Assembly (NCBI RefSeq): GCF_006345805.1
Contig: NC_043008.1
Span: 61,318,001-61,382,000 of the forward strand
DNA from: Octopus sinensis
Taxonomy: Eukaryota
DNA length: 64,000 bases
Direction of reading: 5' to 3'
The position numbers and the translations under genes are program-made. Position 1 is the first letter of the stretch. Each line of letters opens with the position of its first letter. Positions 38,810 to 52,059 of this stretch are shown in pieces. Below the pieces are notes generated by a model. That model saw only the letters and a list, made by a program, of their open reading frames with translations, ran no database searches and was not told the origin of the DNA.

Positions 38810-40317
38810 ACTGTATAAAAGCAAGTTTGATTCATCAAATTTGATCTTTATCGTATAGTAGTTGTTAAGAATTTAAAACGAGTCAAAAAATGTAGCTTGT
38901 GGACAGTCACTCAACTCACTAAATTTATTAGCTAGCTCTTCCTTAAATTTCATGTTATTGCAATTCTGCTTTTGAAAAGAATTATTAAAAACGTTACTCA
39001 ATTAATAAAAGAATTGGTGTCATAACTTTTTCTTTGATTCGATATTCAAGTTATGGTTAAATGGTTTTCTTTGAAAATCATTGTTTCTTCTATTCATTTG
39101 AGTGTAGAATAAAGTCAAGAGTTGTTTGAATATTTATAGGTATCTAATAAAAATGTCACTACGACTTAAGATACAAGTTAAATTCAGAACATTTTAAAAT
39201 ACACATAAAAAATTAATCTTGAAAAGAAAATCACGTGGAAAATAGATTCCTATAAGAATGAATAAGAAAAACAGGCATAGATGATTTAGCAAAGGAGCTA
39301 TATTCTTAAGGAATGCCAAGGAAAAAGAGAAATATTGAAGTTTCTGTACAATGTATTTGTAGATTTGCCAGAATTAGCCTTTGTAGAAATCTATCGAGGG
39401 AAAATAAAATATTTTCTCCAATTTGATGATATATTTTTAAAACTTTTTATTTAAAAGTTGTAACTTATGACTCAGTGTGTGTGATATACATTATTCCTCA
39501 TAATTCTCTTTTTACAAAATAAATGAATCGAGATATATACCAATTTCAGAAATGAATACTTGTTTCTTTTCAAATATATCTAATAATTTAAATCATATGA
39601 AATTGACATAACATACCGGTGAATAAAACAACTAAAAGTCCCAAGTTGTTATAACGTATGTTATAACTCTTAGTGACAATTTATTTATAGTATGTGAAAA
39701 TACCCTGGAGTTGGATCTAAAATTCAGGTGAAAGAATGATGATATAATAAATGAGAAATGTTCGCAAAACAATATTTGATACGTGAGAAGACAAAGAGCT
39801 ATTTATGGGTGTTGCTATAAAATTATGTTTGGAATGGATGATAAATGTAGATATTATATATGTCATTATTTGACCGTACAAGCATATTAGATGCGTACAA
39901 TAACAAATGCAATATGTTACAAAAGGTAAACACTTATCTATGATGTAATAAGTAGGAGTAATGCTTTTCCAGTTCAATATCCACATGACAACAATGAAAT
40001 ATGAAATGAGACATCTCAACGTACCATTTACAATATTCAATGCCTTAGGAAAACCAGATAATTTCCATAGCAACGTAGGTATAATTTCCAGTAAGGATTC
40101 TTCGTTTTCTCTCTTCCTGTCTCTGTTTCATTCTATATCTATACACACTCCCACCCCTACCCACCCCCACACACACCACCATAGCTCCTCCTTCTCCCTA
40201 TTTCTCTTTCACTCTAACAGCTGGTCTCCCTCCCCTCTTCCTCTTTCTCACTATCTCTGCCTCATTTAAAAGGTCAATTCTTGTCATAAATTTGACTACT
40301 GTATTCTATTTCTCTTC

Positions 40318-40715
40318 CTCTTTTACTTGTTTCAGTCATTTGACTGCGGCCATGCTGGAGCACCGCTTTTAGTGGAGCAAATCGACCCCAGGACTTATTC
40401 TTTGTAAGCCTAGTACTTATTATATCGGTCTCTTTTGTCGAACAGCTAAGTTACGGGGAGGTAAACTCACCACCATCGGTTATCAAGCTATGTTGGGGGG
40501 ATACAGAAACACAAACATATACACACGTATATTCACACACACATATACATATATACGATGGGTATCTTTCAGTTTCCGCCTACCAAATCCCCTCACAAGA
40601 CTGGTCGGCCCGACGCTATAGTAGAAGACACTTGCCCAAGTTGCCACACAGTGGGAATGAACTCGGAACCATGTGGTTGGTAAGCCAGCTACTTACCACA
40701 CTGCGACTCCTGCGC
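40318..40715 (-). mobile_element. SINE family A, full length
   Basis: Reverse complement of family A. Confidence 0.88.
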
Positions 40716-40944
40716 ATGTATTTTGAAGTATGTATGTATGTATACGCTTGTGTTTGTGCATCTACGTATGTATAAAAACACACACACAAACATACACACA
40801 CACACACACACGTATATGTATATAGCATTATACGTTATGTTTGCTAGGTGTGTGCTAATAGTTACACATCTTCAGCTCCACCGGAAATGTGCTAAATACT
40901 TTTCTACTTCACTTCCATTTTTTCTAGTATAAAACATACATATA

Positions 40945-42817
40945 GTATAAAACATGTATAAAACATGTATAAAATATGTATAAAACATGTATAAAACATG
41001 TATAAAATATGTATAAAATATGTATAAAATATGTATAAAACATGTATAAAATATGTATAAAATATGTATAAAATATGTATAAAAAATGTATAAAACATGT
41101 ATAAAATATGTATAAAATATGTATAAAACATGTATAAAACATGTATAAAATATGTATAAAATATGTATAAAATATGTATAAAACATGTATAAAATATGTA
41201 TAAAATATGTATAAAATATGTATAAAACATGTATAAAATATGTATAAAATATGTATAAAACATGTATAAAATATGTATAAAATATGTATAAAATATGTAT
41301 AAAACATGTATAAAATATGTATAATATGTATAAAATATGTATAAAAAATGTATAAAACATGTATATAAAATATGTATAAAATATGTATAAAACATGTATA
41401 AAACATGTATAAAATATGTATATAAAACATGTATAAAATATGTATAAAATATGTATAAAATATGTATAAAACATGTATAAAATATGTATAAAATATGTAT
41501 AAAACATGTATAAAATATGTATAAAATATGTATAAAACATGTATAAAATATGTATAAAATATGTATAAAACATTTATAAAATATGTATAAAATATGTATA
41601 AAACATGTATAAAACATGTATAAAATATGTATAAAATATGTATAAAATATGTATAAAATATGTATAGAACATGTATAAAATATGTATAAAATATATATAA
41701 AACATGTATAAAATATGTATAAAATCTGTATAAAACATGTATAAAACATGTATAAAATATGTATAAAACATGTATAAAATATGTATAAAATATGTATAAA
41801 ACATGTATAAAATATGTATAAAATATGTATAAAATATGTATAAAACATGTATAAAATATGTATAAAATATGTATAAAATATGTATAAAATATGTATAAAA
41901 CATGTAGAAAATATGTATAAAATATGTATAAAACATGTATAAAATATGTATAAAATATGTATAAAATATGTATAAAACATGTATAAAATATGTATAAAAT
42001 ATGTATAAAACATGTATAAAATATGTATAAAATATGTATAAAATATGTATAAAATATGTATAAAATACGTATAAAACATGTATAAAATATGTATAAAATA
42101 TGTATAAAACATGTATAAAACATGTATAAAACATGTATAAAATATGTATAAAATATGTATAAAATATGTATAAAACATGTATAAAATATGTATAAAATAT
42201 GTATAAAATATGTATAAAATATGTATAAAACATGTATAAAACATGTATAAAATATGTATAAAACATGTATAAAATATGTATAAAATAAGTATAAAACATG
42301 TATAAAATATGTATAAAATATGTATAAAATATGTATAAAACTTGTATAAAACATGTATAAAATATGTATAAAACATGTATAAAATATGTATAAAATATGT
42401 ATAAAACATGTATAAAATATGTATAAAATATGTATAAAATATGTATAAAATATGTATAAAATATGTATAAAATATGTATAAAACATGTATAAAACATGTA
42501 TAAAATATGTATAAAACATGTATAAAATATGTATAAAATATGTATAAAACATGTATAAAATATGTATAAAATATGTATAAAATATGTGTAAAACATGTAT
42601 AAAATATGTATAAAATATTTATAAAATATGTATAAAACATGTATAAAACATTGTATAAAATATGTATAAAATATGTATAAAATATGTATAAAACATGTAT
42701 AAAATATGTATAAAATATGTATAAAACATGTATAAAATATGTATAAAATATGTATAAAATATGTATAAAACATGTATAAAATATGTATAAAACATGTATA
42801 AAATATGTATAAAACAT
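40945..42817. repeat. 11-bp minisatellite GTATAAAA(C/T)AT, ~170 copies
   Basis: Direct reading; two variants interspersed aperiodically, rare other substitutions. Confidence 0.98.
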
Positions 42818-43369
42818 ACATATAGTTCCTACTCTTTTCCTTATTGTAATATTTTCTATATTCAAGACCATTTTTAAAACCCAGTTGCATATCTCCAAGT
42901 TTCAAACTACTATATTCAAGATTCGAATGGAAAAAAATGTTACCGCATTTTATTATCATATAGGTCGACTTCACCTTTCGTCATTTCCGGATAGAAAACA
43001 ACGAGCCTGTTCACTATTGGAATGGATGTAATCTACAATACACTTCCCTTAAAGTTTCAGGCCTTCTCTCTATATTATAGAGAATAATTATACAGTATGC
43101 TAAAAATCAGGGTGTATTTTACTTCATTTATTTAATGCGTTTATTTACTGCCGAGTCAACTTTGAGCGCATTTACGTGTAAATTGCACAGATAATATCAA
43201 AGTTATTGCTTTATGCCTTAAAATAACTGTACGGTCTCAAGAGATATACCGTTTCTATATTATTTTATAAAAGAGGAAATTGCATCACGAAATATTGTTG
43301 TATAGTTGCAATATTATTGATTCAGATAATATATAAATATTCAAATATCAATTTTACAATTACTGTGTT

Positions 43370-43506
43370 CACTAGTGTAGCTAGTGTATGTGCTCCACCC
43401 CACCCAATATATATATTGCCTACAGCAGGCCCAAAAGTAGTGCTACCCCCATAGATGTGCCACCCGGAACGGACTGCCCCCTCCGCCATTCATAGCTATG
43501 CTAGTG
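43370..43506. mobile_element. Short MITE with 14-bp imperfect TIRs
   Basis: CACTAGTGTAGCTA vs reverse complement of TAGCTATGCTAGTG (12/14); no TSD seen. Confidence 0.45.
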
Positions 43507-43529
43507 CCAGTATTCCTTAACTTGCAAAT

Positions 43530-44390
43530 AATTTTTCTAATCGAGGCACAAAGCCCGAAATTTGGGGAAAGGGAGCCAGTTGATTAGATCGACTCCAGTA
43601 CGTAACTGGTACTTAATTTATAGATATCGAAAAGATGAAATGCAAAGTCGACCTCGGCGGAATTTGAACTCAGAACGTAGCGGCAGACGAAATGCCTAAT
43701 TTTTACTACACACAAGGGGCTAAAAACACAAAGGACAAACAAGGACAGACAAACGGATTATATCGACCCCAGTGCGTAACTGGTACTTAATTTATCGATC
43801 CTGAAAGGATGAAAGGCAAATTTGACCTCGGCGGAATTTGAACTCAGAACGTAAAGACAGACGAAATACGGCTAACCATTTCGCCCGACGTGCTACCGTT
43901 TCTGCCAACTCGCCGCATTTAACTTGTAAATAATTATCATTCCAAGAGTGCTGTCATTATTACTGTTTCTTCCGAGGCGGAGAGGTGGTAGATTCGTTAG
44001 CACACCGGAAAGAAAATATTTAGCAGCATTTCTTCCAACATCATGGAAGGTCGACTTTATTTTCCGAAGTCAACTTTACTTTCCATTCTTTCGATGTTGA
44101 AAAATTAATGCCAGTTGAATATTGGGTTCGTTGTAATCGACTCACCCCACTCCCAAACTTACTAGTCCTGTGCCAAAATGGGAAACTCTTATCAAGATCT
44201 CGAGTTGGCAGGATCGCTAGCAGGCCAAACAAATGTTTCAGTGGCATTTCTTACGTTTTTAGTTCAAATTGCATTTCATCCTTTCGAGGTCAGTGATATA
44301 TGTATCAGCTGAGCACTGGGGTAGGTGTAATCGACGTATTCCCCTCTTCCCAAATTGCTGGCCTTTTGCCAAAATTTGAAATCCCGCTCC
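43530..44390. mobile_element. Family B SINE cluster (tandem dimer on minus 43530-43917; two plus copies 43972-44390)
   Basis: Repeated GTCGACCTCGGCGGAATTTGAACTCAGAACG and its reverse complement. Confidence 0.8.
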
Positions 44391-44403
44391 GTCCCCTCCT
44401 CCT

Positions 44404-44435
<32 letters not shown>

Positions 44436-44799
44436 ACATCATTATCATCATCATTGTTATTCGACATTTGGTATTTTCAGGCAAATTTCTACTACTTCAC
44501 CTGCTACACCTCCGTGAGGAGTAGCCTGTCGTGCTTTTGTTCATGGGCAACTACTAACTCTCTGCGGTATTGTATGGCATCAGTATGTTTTGTTATGACC
44601 TTTCGCTAGAATCTTTTGTCGTATTAGTGTTTATATTGTGTATAATTTGAGATGTTAGGTATCCGACCTGTAGAGTACATGTTGTGGGTGTCGTTTATTT
44701 TATTGGATAGTTACTGTAAAGAGTCTAAAATTTTTGGATAGGGTATTATTTTAAAGGTATAACTTAAAGGTATAATTTCTACGTTTGTGTTCATACTCT

Positions 44800-45216
44800 T
44801 ACTCTTTACTCTTTTACTTGTTTCAGTCATTTGACTGCGGCCATGCTGGAGCACCGCCTTTAGTCGAGCAAATCGACCCCGGGACTTATACTTTGTAAGC
44901 CCAGTACTTATTCTATCGGCCTCTTTTTGCCGAACCGCTAAGTGACGGGGACGTAAACACACTAGCATCGGTTGTCAAGCAATGCTAGGGCGACAAACAC
45001 AGACACACAAACACATACACACACATACATATATATATATAAATACATATATACGACAGGCTTCTTTCAGTTTCCGTCTACCAAATCCACTCACAAGACA
45101 TTGGTCGGCCCGGGGCTATAGCAGAAGACACTTGCCCAAGATGCCACGCAGTGGGACTGAACCCAGAACCATGTGGCTGGTAAGCAAGCTACTTACCACA
45201 CAGCCACTCCTGCGCC
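44800..45216 (-). mobile_element. SINE family A, full length (head half duplicated at 45930-46093)
   Basis: Reverse complement of family A. Confidence 0.88.
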
Positions 45217-46743
45217 TATATTATTTTTTTTTTATCATACACAATGCTCCAATTATTACTGGTCTCTTTGACAATTTATTTGTTTTTTTTGTGCAATATT
45301 TTCGTCCGAAGTTACTGCAGTATCTATCAGTAAGAAGGTGTTTATCGCTATTATTTTAGCGTTTTCGTCTGTTCCTAGATATTGTATTGGTAATTGTGAT
45401 CTAATTCTCTGATTTCTGTGTCCATGTCGAATTCTTCAACCAAAATTTAGGGCTTTGTGTCTCTAGTAGCAAGGACATTTGGAAATCATTTAATACGTGC
45501 AGTTCTGTTTTACGTAATATTAATAACAAGAAATGCATCCATTACGCAAATCTTCCTCAGTTAAAGCATTTCAGAACTTTCTTCTGAAATTATTTAAAAC
45601 CCTAAAGTTTACGTAATAGATAGATTTCCTATTACGTATTACGCAAACACGAACCATACGCATTAACAGGTTTCAAAATACCATTGTTTTCTCCAGAATG
45701 GCCGCAGTCATATGACTGAAACAAGTAAAAAAGTAATACGACTTAATCCCAGTACAAACTAACCGGTTCAAACTCAACTTATGCAAATACACAAACAACG
45801 ACTTGAATTAGTTTCCTATATCTGATTCCAGTCGCACTGTGCGCCGCTTGTTAGCATAACACGATATATTTATTTATATATATATATATTATATATATAT
45901 ATATATAATATATATATAAATACATATATACGACAGGCTTCTTTCAGTTTCCGTCTACCAAATCCACTCACAAGACATTGGTCGGCCCGGGGCTATAGCA
46001 GAAGACACTTGCCCAAGATGCCACGCAGTGGGACTGAACCCAGAACCATGTGGCTGGTAAGCAAGCTACTTACCACACAGCCACTCCTGCGCCTATATTA
46101 TTTTTTTTTTATCATACACAATGCTCCAATTATTACTGGTCTCTTTGACAATTTATTTGTTTTTTTTGTGCAATATTTTCGTCCGAAGTTACTGCAGTAT
46201 CTATCAGTAAGAAGGTGTTTATCGCTATTATTTTAGCGTTTTCGTCTGTTCCTAGATATTTGTATTGGTAATTGTGATCTAATTCTCTGATTTCTGTGTC
46301 CATGTCGAATTCTTCAACCAAAATTTAGGGCTTTGTGTCTCTAGTAGCAAGGACATTTGGAAATCATTTAATACGTGCAGTTCTGTTTTACGTAATATAA
46401 TAACAAGAAATGCATCCATTACGCAAATCTTCCTCAGTTAAAGCATTTCAGAACTTTCTTCTGAAATTATTTAAAACCCTAAAGTTTACGTAATAGATAG
46501 ATTTCCTATTACGTATTACGCAAACACGAACCATACGCATTAACAGGTTTCAAAATACCATTGTTTTCTCCAGAATGGCCGCAGTCATATGACTGAAACA
46601 AGTAAAAAAGTAATACGACTTAATCCCAGTACAAACTAACCGGTTCAAACTCAACTTATGCAAATACACAAACAACGACTTGAATTAGTTTCCTATATCT
46701 GATTCCAGTCGCACTGTGCGCCGCTTGTTAGCATAACACGATA

Positions 46744-46754
<11 letters not shown>
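45041..46754 (+). repeat. Near-identical tandem duplication, period 877 bp (45041-45877 and 45918-46754)
   Basis: The copies differ only by three 1-bp indels that I could see; (TA)n lies at all three boundaries. Confidence 0.95.
46133..46321 (-). pseudogene. Dong/R4-type RT fragment (second copy at ~45256-45443)
   Basis: IRELDHNYQYKYLG (RT domain 7 YKYLG) fused by deletion to KIIAINT, the same clade signature as at 22.3-23.0 kb. Confidence 0.65.
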
Positions 46755-46820
<66 letters not shown>

Positions 46821-47530
46821 AAACCTTTTCATTTACAGACATCATAGCAAGTCGTTGATAATCAAAGTCAAGTAATATAACGTTGAAGCTAAAAAGGAAA
46901 AATATTCAAATCGTTACCGGAATACGCAAACTTTTTATTAGTCAAAAGTCTGAACACTGCACCCAGTTAACCGATCATAAATTTAAATAATAACATGTTA
47001 CATTGACTACAAACCACATATTTATATGAACGACATATAAGCATCCAAGTAAATTGGCCAGCGTTATACGTTTGCTCCTGGACATTGTTATTAAGAGGAT
47101 GAAAAGAAATCAACAGCTCAGTTTTTTAAATTCGGTCTGGCATTCAAGGGTAAAATTATAAATTGTAACACATTTATTCTGGTGCACTGCAATATTAGAT
47201 ATTCTACTGTCTTGTGCTACAAAACGATTAATAATCTTAGATATAAACTTCACAGACTTGTCTCTCTCTGTGTGTTGTTGATATTTTCCAGTCTGAATCT
47301 CAATTCCTTCACGCTTTCATGACTCACTTAATTTAAATATTAGTCGTGTGTTTAGACATTATCTGAGACAATGTTTACAGACATGGTCTTTCATGTACAA
47401 GTACGTAAGTATATGTCCACACTATCAGATGTGCCTGCTTCTACCTATCTGCATATAATATATATACGCATATGCATACTGTATTTATGAATCTGTGTGT
47501 GTATACGTATGATTATATTTAAAAGGAAAA

Positions 47531-47575
<45 letters not shown>

Positions 47576-47885
47576 TGCTTATATATATATATGCTTATAT
47601 TTATAAGGAAAAGGCATTTACATACATATATTATGCATGCATATTCACATCTACACACACTTATGTACAGATGACAAACATATTTCTAGTACATCACAGA
47701 AAAATTTGTATTAGAAGTAAACTATGCAGAGTACTAAGTATAGCATAGTTGATATACGTTCAGTGAAATCTTGGATATTACACGTAAACATCAAAGATAT
47801 TTTCTGATTCCAGCACACACAAACGTATATGTATACGTACATGCACGCACACACACACACACACCACACACACACACACACACAG

Positions 47886-47929
<44 letters not shown>

Positions 47930-48139
47930 ACTCAACTAATACATATACAGCACTGAAGTATCACACACGCAGACATATACAAACTCAGTTATAGGAATTA
48001 CGGGATTATTTGTATGTGTGTGTTTCTGTCAGTCTGTGTGTGTGTGTGTTCGTGCTTGCGTATATGTGTGTGTTTGTGGGTGTGTGTGCTTGTGGGTGCG
48101 TGTGTTTGTGCGTGTGTGTCTGTGGGTATGTTTGTGTGT

Positions 48140-48345
48140 ATGTTGTTTTCAGTCATTAGATTGCGGTCATGCTGGGGCACCTCCTTGAAGTTTTAGTCCA
48201 ATGAATCGATCCCAGTACTTATTTTTCAAGCCTGGTACGTATTATGTCGGCTCTTTTGACGAACTGCTAGGTTACGTGGATAATAAATAAACCAACAGTT
48301 ATTGTAAAGCGGAAATGGGTAATGGGGGAAAACACAGACACACGG

Positions 48346-48384
<39 letters not shown>

Positions 48385-48540
48385 CAGGACGGGTTTCTTT
48401 CAGCTTCCGTTTACCAAATTTTCTTACAAATCTTTGGTCGGCTCGAGGCTATAGTAGAAGAGACTTCACGCAATAGTATTGAACCCGGAACCATGTGGTT
48501 GGGAAGCAAGTTTCTTACCACACAGCCACACCTGTGCACA
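48140..48540 (-). mobile_element. SINE family A (diverged)
   Basis: Reverse complement of head ACCACACAGCCAC and tail TTCAGTCATTAGATTGCGGTCATGCTGGGGCACC. Confidence 0.8.
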
Positions 48541-48958
48541 TATATAGTCAAGAATAAGTCATTGATGCATCAATATTCTCATTTAACAACTCTAGCCTTA
48601 ATAATAAACGTAGTAATTTTAATGCATTGCAAATCGGTTTATACCAAGGCATATGTGTGTGTGTGTGTGTATACATATGTAAATATATATATGCATGTAT
48701 GTGTGTGTGAACGAACAGAGAGGGAGAGGGAGAGAGAGAGAGAAACGTATGTGCGTATGTATGTAAGAAGAAGTGTGAGGGTGTGGATATGCATCCGTGT
48801 ACATATTCTTTCCTGTGTATTCTTGTGCGCATAAATATATTAAAATAATTTATGGTAGAGGAATATTTTAAATTTTGGGAAGCAAGCCTAAACTATGAAG
48901 GAATCTATATAAATATACATGTAATAATAATACGGATAGTATAAGAAATGCATCTACG

Positions 48959-49002
<44 letters not shown>

Positions 49003-49007
<5 letters not shown>

Positions 49008-49436
49008 TAACAATTTAGGAATGGCCTAAACAGGCCATTCGTCCACCAGAAAGAGCAGACAGAACTCAAACCGCCAAGTAGTGCAATTCGGAAATAAGGT
49101 GAAAATTTAAAAACGTTTACCCTAATTCATCTTTTATACGATGCATCGTTTCGGTGTTTTTAATGATAGACCAGCTTAATTAAATTAAATTAAGCTAGTC
49201 TACCATAGGTCACACTTCATCAGTAAAAGAAACCTGGGAGAGACGAATATACACGAGGCGACTGTATCAATGCCTCGGGAATATCTGTCTTAAAATTTTC
49301 AAGACCAACGCATTCGCGCCAAACTTATCGGCAGCAAATATAAACTGCCGATTCAATCTCAGAATTAGTCAGAAAATTATCAATTAATCAATTTAGGGTA
49401 GCAAAAAATTCAGTAAAAATTTATCGCTACCAAAAA
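49003..49436 (-). mobile_element. Diverged solo copy of the 488-bp retrozyme-like unit, between (TA)n tracts
   Basis: Colinear with the 7.2-9.7 kb unit (GGCC....AGGCCATTC, GAAAATTTAAAAA, TACGATGCA.CGTTTC, CGCGCCAAA.TTATCGGCAGCAAATA, AATTAATCAAT.TAGGGT). Confidence 0.85.
49130..49230 (-). ncRNA. Type I hammerhead ribozyme (diverged relative of the array HHR)
   Basis: Stem I TCTTTTA/TAAAAGA; core CTGATGA; stem II GTGT/ACAC (A-C mismatch at 10.1-11.1); GAAA; helix III palindrome ACGATGCATCGT; GUA site. Confidence 0.82.
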
Positions 49437-50095
49437 TATATATATATATATATATCAATAATTAAGGGTAAAATCAATTAGTTATTAATTAATTTCACCA
49501 AGTAGTGTTCAGTATGTAAAAGGACCATTCAAGGCGTATTCAAAATATTACGTTATATAATTAGGACTCAGTAAAATAATTTACTTTGCCACATACTGAA
49601 ATTTTTAGAAATAGCAGCCAAAAATTTATTTTAGCCATTTCCACTACTTTAAGAAAAGTCTCCCAGATAGTATTTACTCAAAAATAACTCACGTAGATAT
49701 GGAGGGAAAACAGCAAAATATCACATGTACAAAGGTCTTTGTACATGATTGGGGGAGGTTCGACCCGCATAAAAGCCATTCACTGTGTTTCTCGCTGTAG
49801 ACAAATTGGTCTAAATACACCAAAACCACCTCCCAACGCTAACCTGTCCAGACTGAGAGATCCAAGCATTACCGAGTGGTTCTCGCCTCTTCAGTCACAG
49901 AAACCGAACAGGCAGGGCGCCCTGAGAATGGCTTTATGACGAGTTCGAAATGTCTCAAGTATAGTTGAACTGAGAATAACCTTGCGTCTAAGACCTTGTG
50001 TACATTTAAAGTAATTCGAAGTGTTTGTGCATGATGTTGACATAGTCAAATATGTGTGAAGTATTTGAGAGTGATTAGTGCTAGGGTTGCGTGTA

Positions 50096-50318
50096 CAGTA
50101 ACCCCGCGCTATATTGTGGTTCACCTATCGCGGTTTATTATTTAAGCTTACGTAGAGTCCTCCTTGGTGTACTTTGGCAATGATAATGAAATGAATATAT
50201 ACAAATTATAAAATTAATAAAAAGAAATATACAGTGCAGTACTGTTTCTACTTCGCAGATTTTCACATATCGCGGAGGGTTTTGGAACGTAAAGCCCGCG
50301 ATAGTCGTGGGATTACTG
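50096..50318. mobile_element. pogo/Tigger-like MITE
   Basis: TA-CAGTAACCCCGCGCTAT at left; reverse complement of right end CAGTAATCCCACGACTAT; right flank AA rather than TA. Confidence 0.55.
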
Positions 50319-50770
50319 AAGAAATAGCTGGGATAATGAGAGCGGAAGAAAACATCAAGATTTCTTTTCTTTTGACGTTGACAAAATAAGTACCATTTTA
50401 AAACTGAGGCCGATGCGAAAAGAAAACATCTTTGGTGGAACCAACTTCATTTTATAAAGAAACGTGAAATAAATCTGTTAGAATTAAAACAATGCTGAAT
50501 GGCATCAATATCAGGGTAGAAAATGTGAGAAGACATAATGGTTATTTAATATTCAACTTCAGACGAGGCTGAATAGAGCGGCCAGTCTCTGGTTACATAC
50601 TAGAACATTCGTATAGTGGTTATACACAGGTATGTAATATACAACTGTTTCAAGATAGTTCTCTACCTGCTAAAGGTGAGGTGTCAACTTAGATATAAGC
50701 ATAAGACCATTCACAGAACACACACACATACGCAATTATATATTTACGTACGCAAACATGCATTCACACA

Positions 50771-50817
<47 letters not shown>

Positions 50818-50914
50818 GTGACTGTGGCTATCAATATATATATAGAAGCATGTATACACATTCATGTCTCACATCATATATATATATATGTTTATAAATA
50901 AACAAATAGATATG

Positions 50915-50949
<35 letters not shown>

Positions 50950-51811
50950 ATATATATATGTGTGTGTGTGTGAGTGAGTGTTTGTGTGTGTGTGCGTGTA
51001 CACACTCATATATGCGGGCATGTGTCTGTGTTCGTCTATATTTGTATGCCTATGTAAAGTTAATACATACACACATTTTTATTATGCAATTACGCTGGTG
51101 TAAATATATGTGTGTGTGTGTGTTTGCGTGTGTCTGTGTATACGTATCTACGTATGCGTACAGACGGATGTGCACAGTTAGATAGTTCTATTCAAGTTTA
51201 CATTCACTTACTATAGACATTTAAAAGTGCACATATCAAATACTTATACAATTATCTGGATATATATATATGTGTGTGTATATGTATGTGAACAAGAAAG
51301 AAGTATAGTACATGTATGTGTACGCATGAGTCGAAATATATCTGCTCATTGTCCGAATTCAAATGCTTCAGACGATTCAGCACTTTTCGACAATATATGT
51401 AAGATATCAGCTGTACATTGGTAATCATATGGAGAGCTTATATTAAGCTGGTTGTGTTTATGCCTATTCGTGCGGATAATCAAGTACTAAGCAACAATGA
51501 AATGCTGCTTTGATCGTATATTTGGAATGTGTACCATGTTGTTATATGTATAGTTCCCCAGATAGAACTATTTGAAATAAAAGAAAAGTCTCCCCCAATT
51601 CACATAAGAGGAAGAAAGGAAGAAATATTATTTCATACTTATTAGAGCATTAGTTGCGCTTTATGTACGTACGTGTATATATACATATATACGATCAATA
51701 TATATATACATATGTCTGACTGTGTGTGTGTCTATAGGCATATTCGTTTACATGTGTATGTGTGGATATATATATACTTATATATATATATATATGTATA
51801 TATATAAATAA

Positions 51812-51853
<42 letters not shown>

Positions 51854-51979
51854 TTATATATATATGTATATATGTATACATGTATTTATATATATATATA
51901 TTATATATATATACATATATTATTGGAGAATTGAAGAAATGGAGCTGAACGCAGATTGAACAGAAATCGTTTTATTTCA

Positions 51980-52059
51980 TTCTACACGTGTTTCGAAAGG
52001 CACAAATTACCAAAATCCGATTGAATAATGGGACCATATTGTGTCTTTCCCTTCAGGAA
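51980..52059 (-). ncRNA. Type I hammerhead, left arm, core variant CUGAAGG (A9G)
   Basis: Mirror of 53560-53639 with C instead of T at 52050. Confidence 0.65.

Noticed and set aside
40945-42817. CRISPR-like or telomeric array
   Set aside because: No unique spacers and no G-rich telomere motif; it is a plain tandem repeat in eukaryotic DNA.
40872-42974. Long minus-strand ORFs of 233-664 aa
   Set aside because: Translation of the 11-bp minisatellite, which lacks stops on that strand; all frames give the same FYTYFIHILYI cycle.
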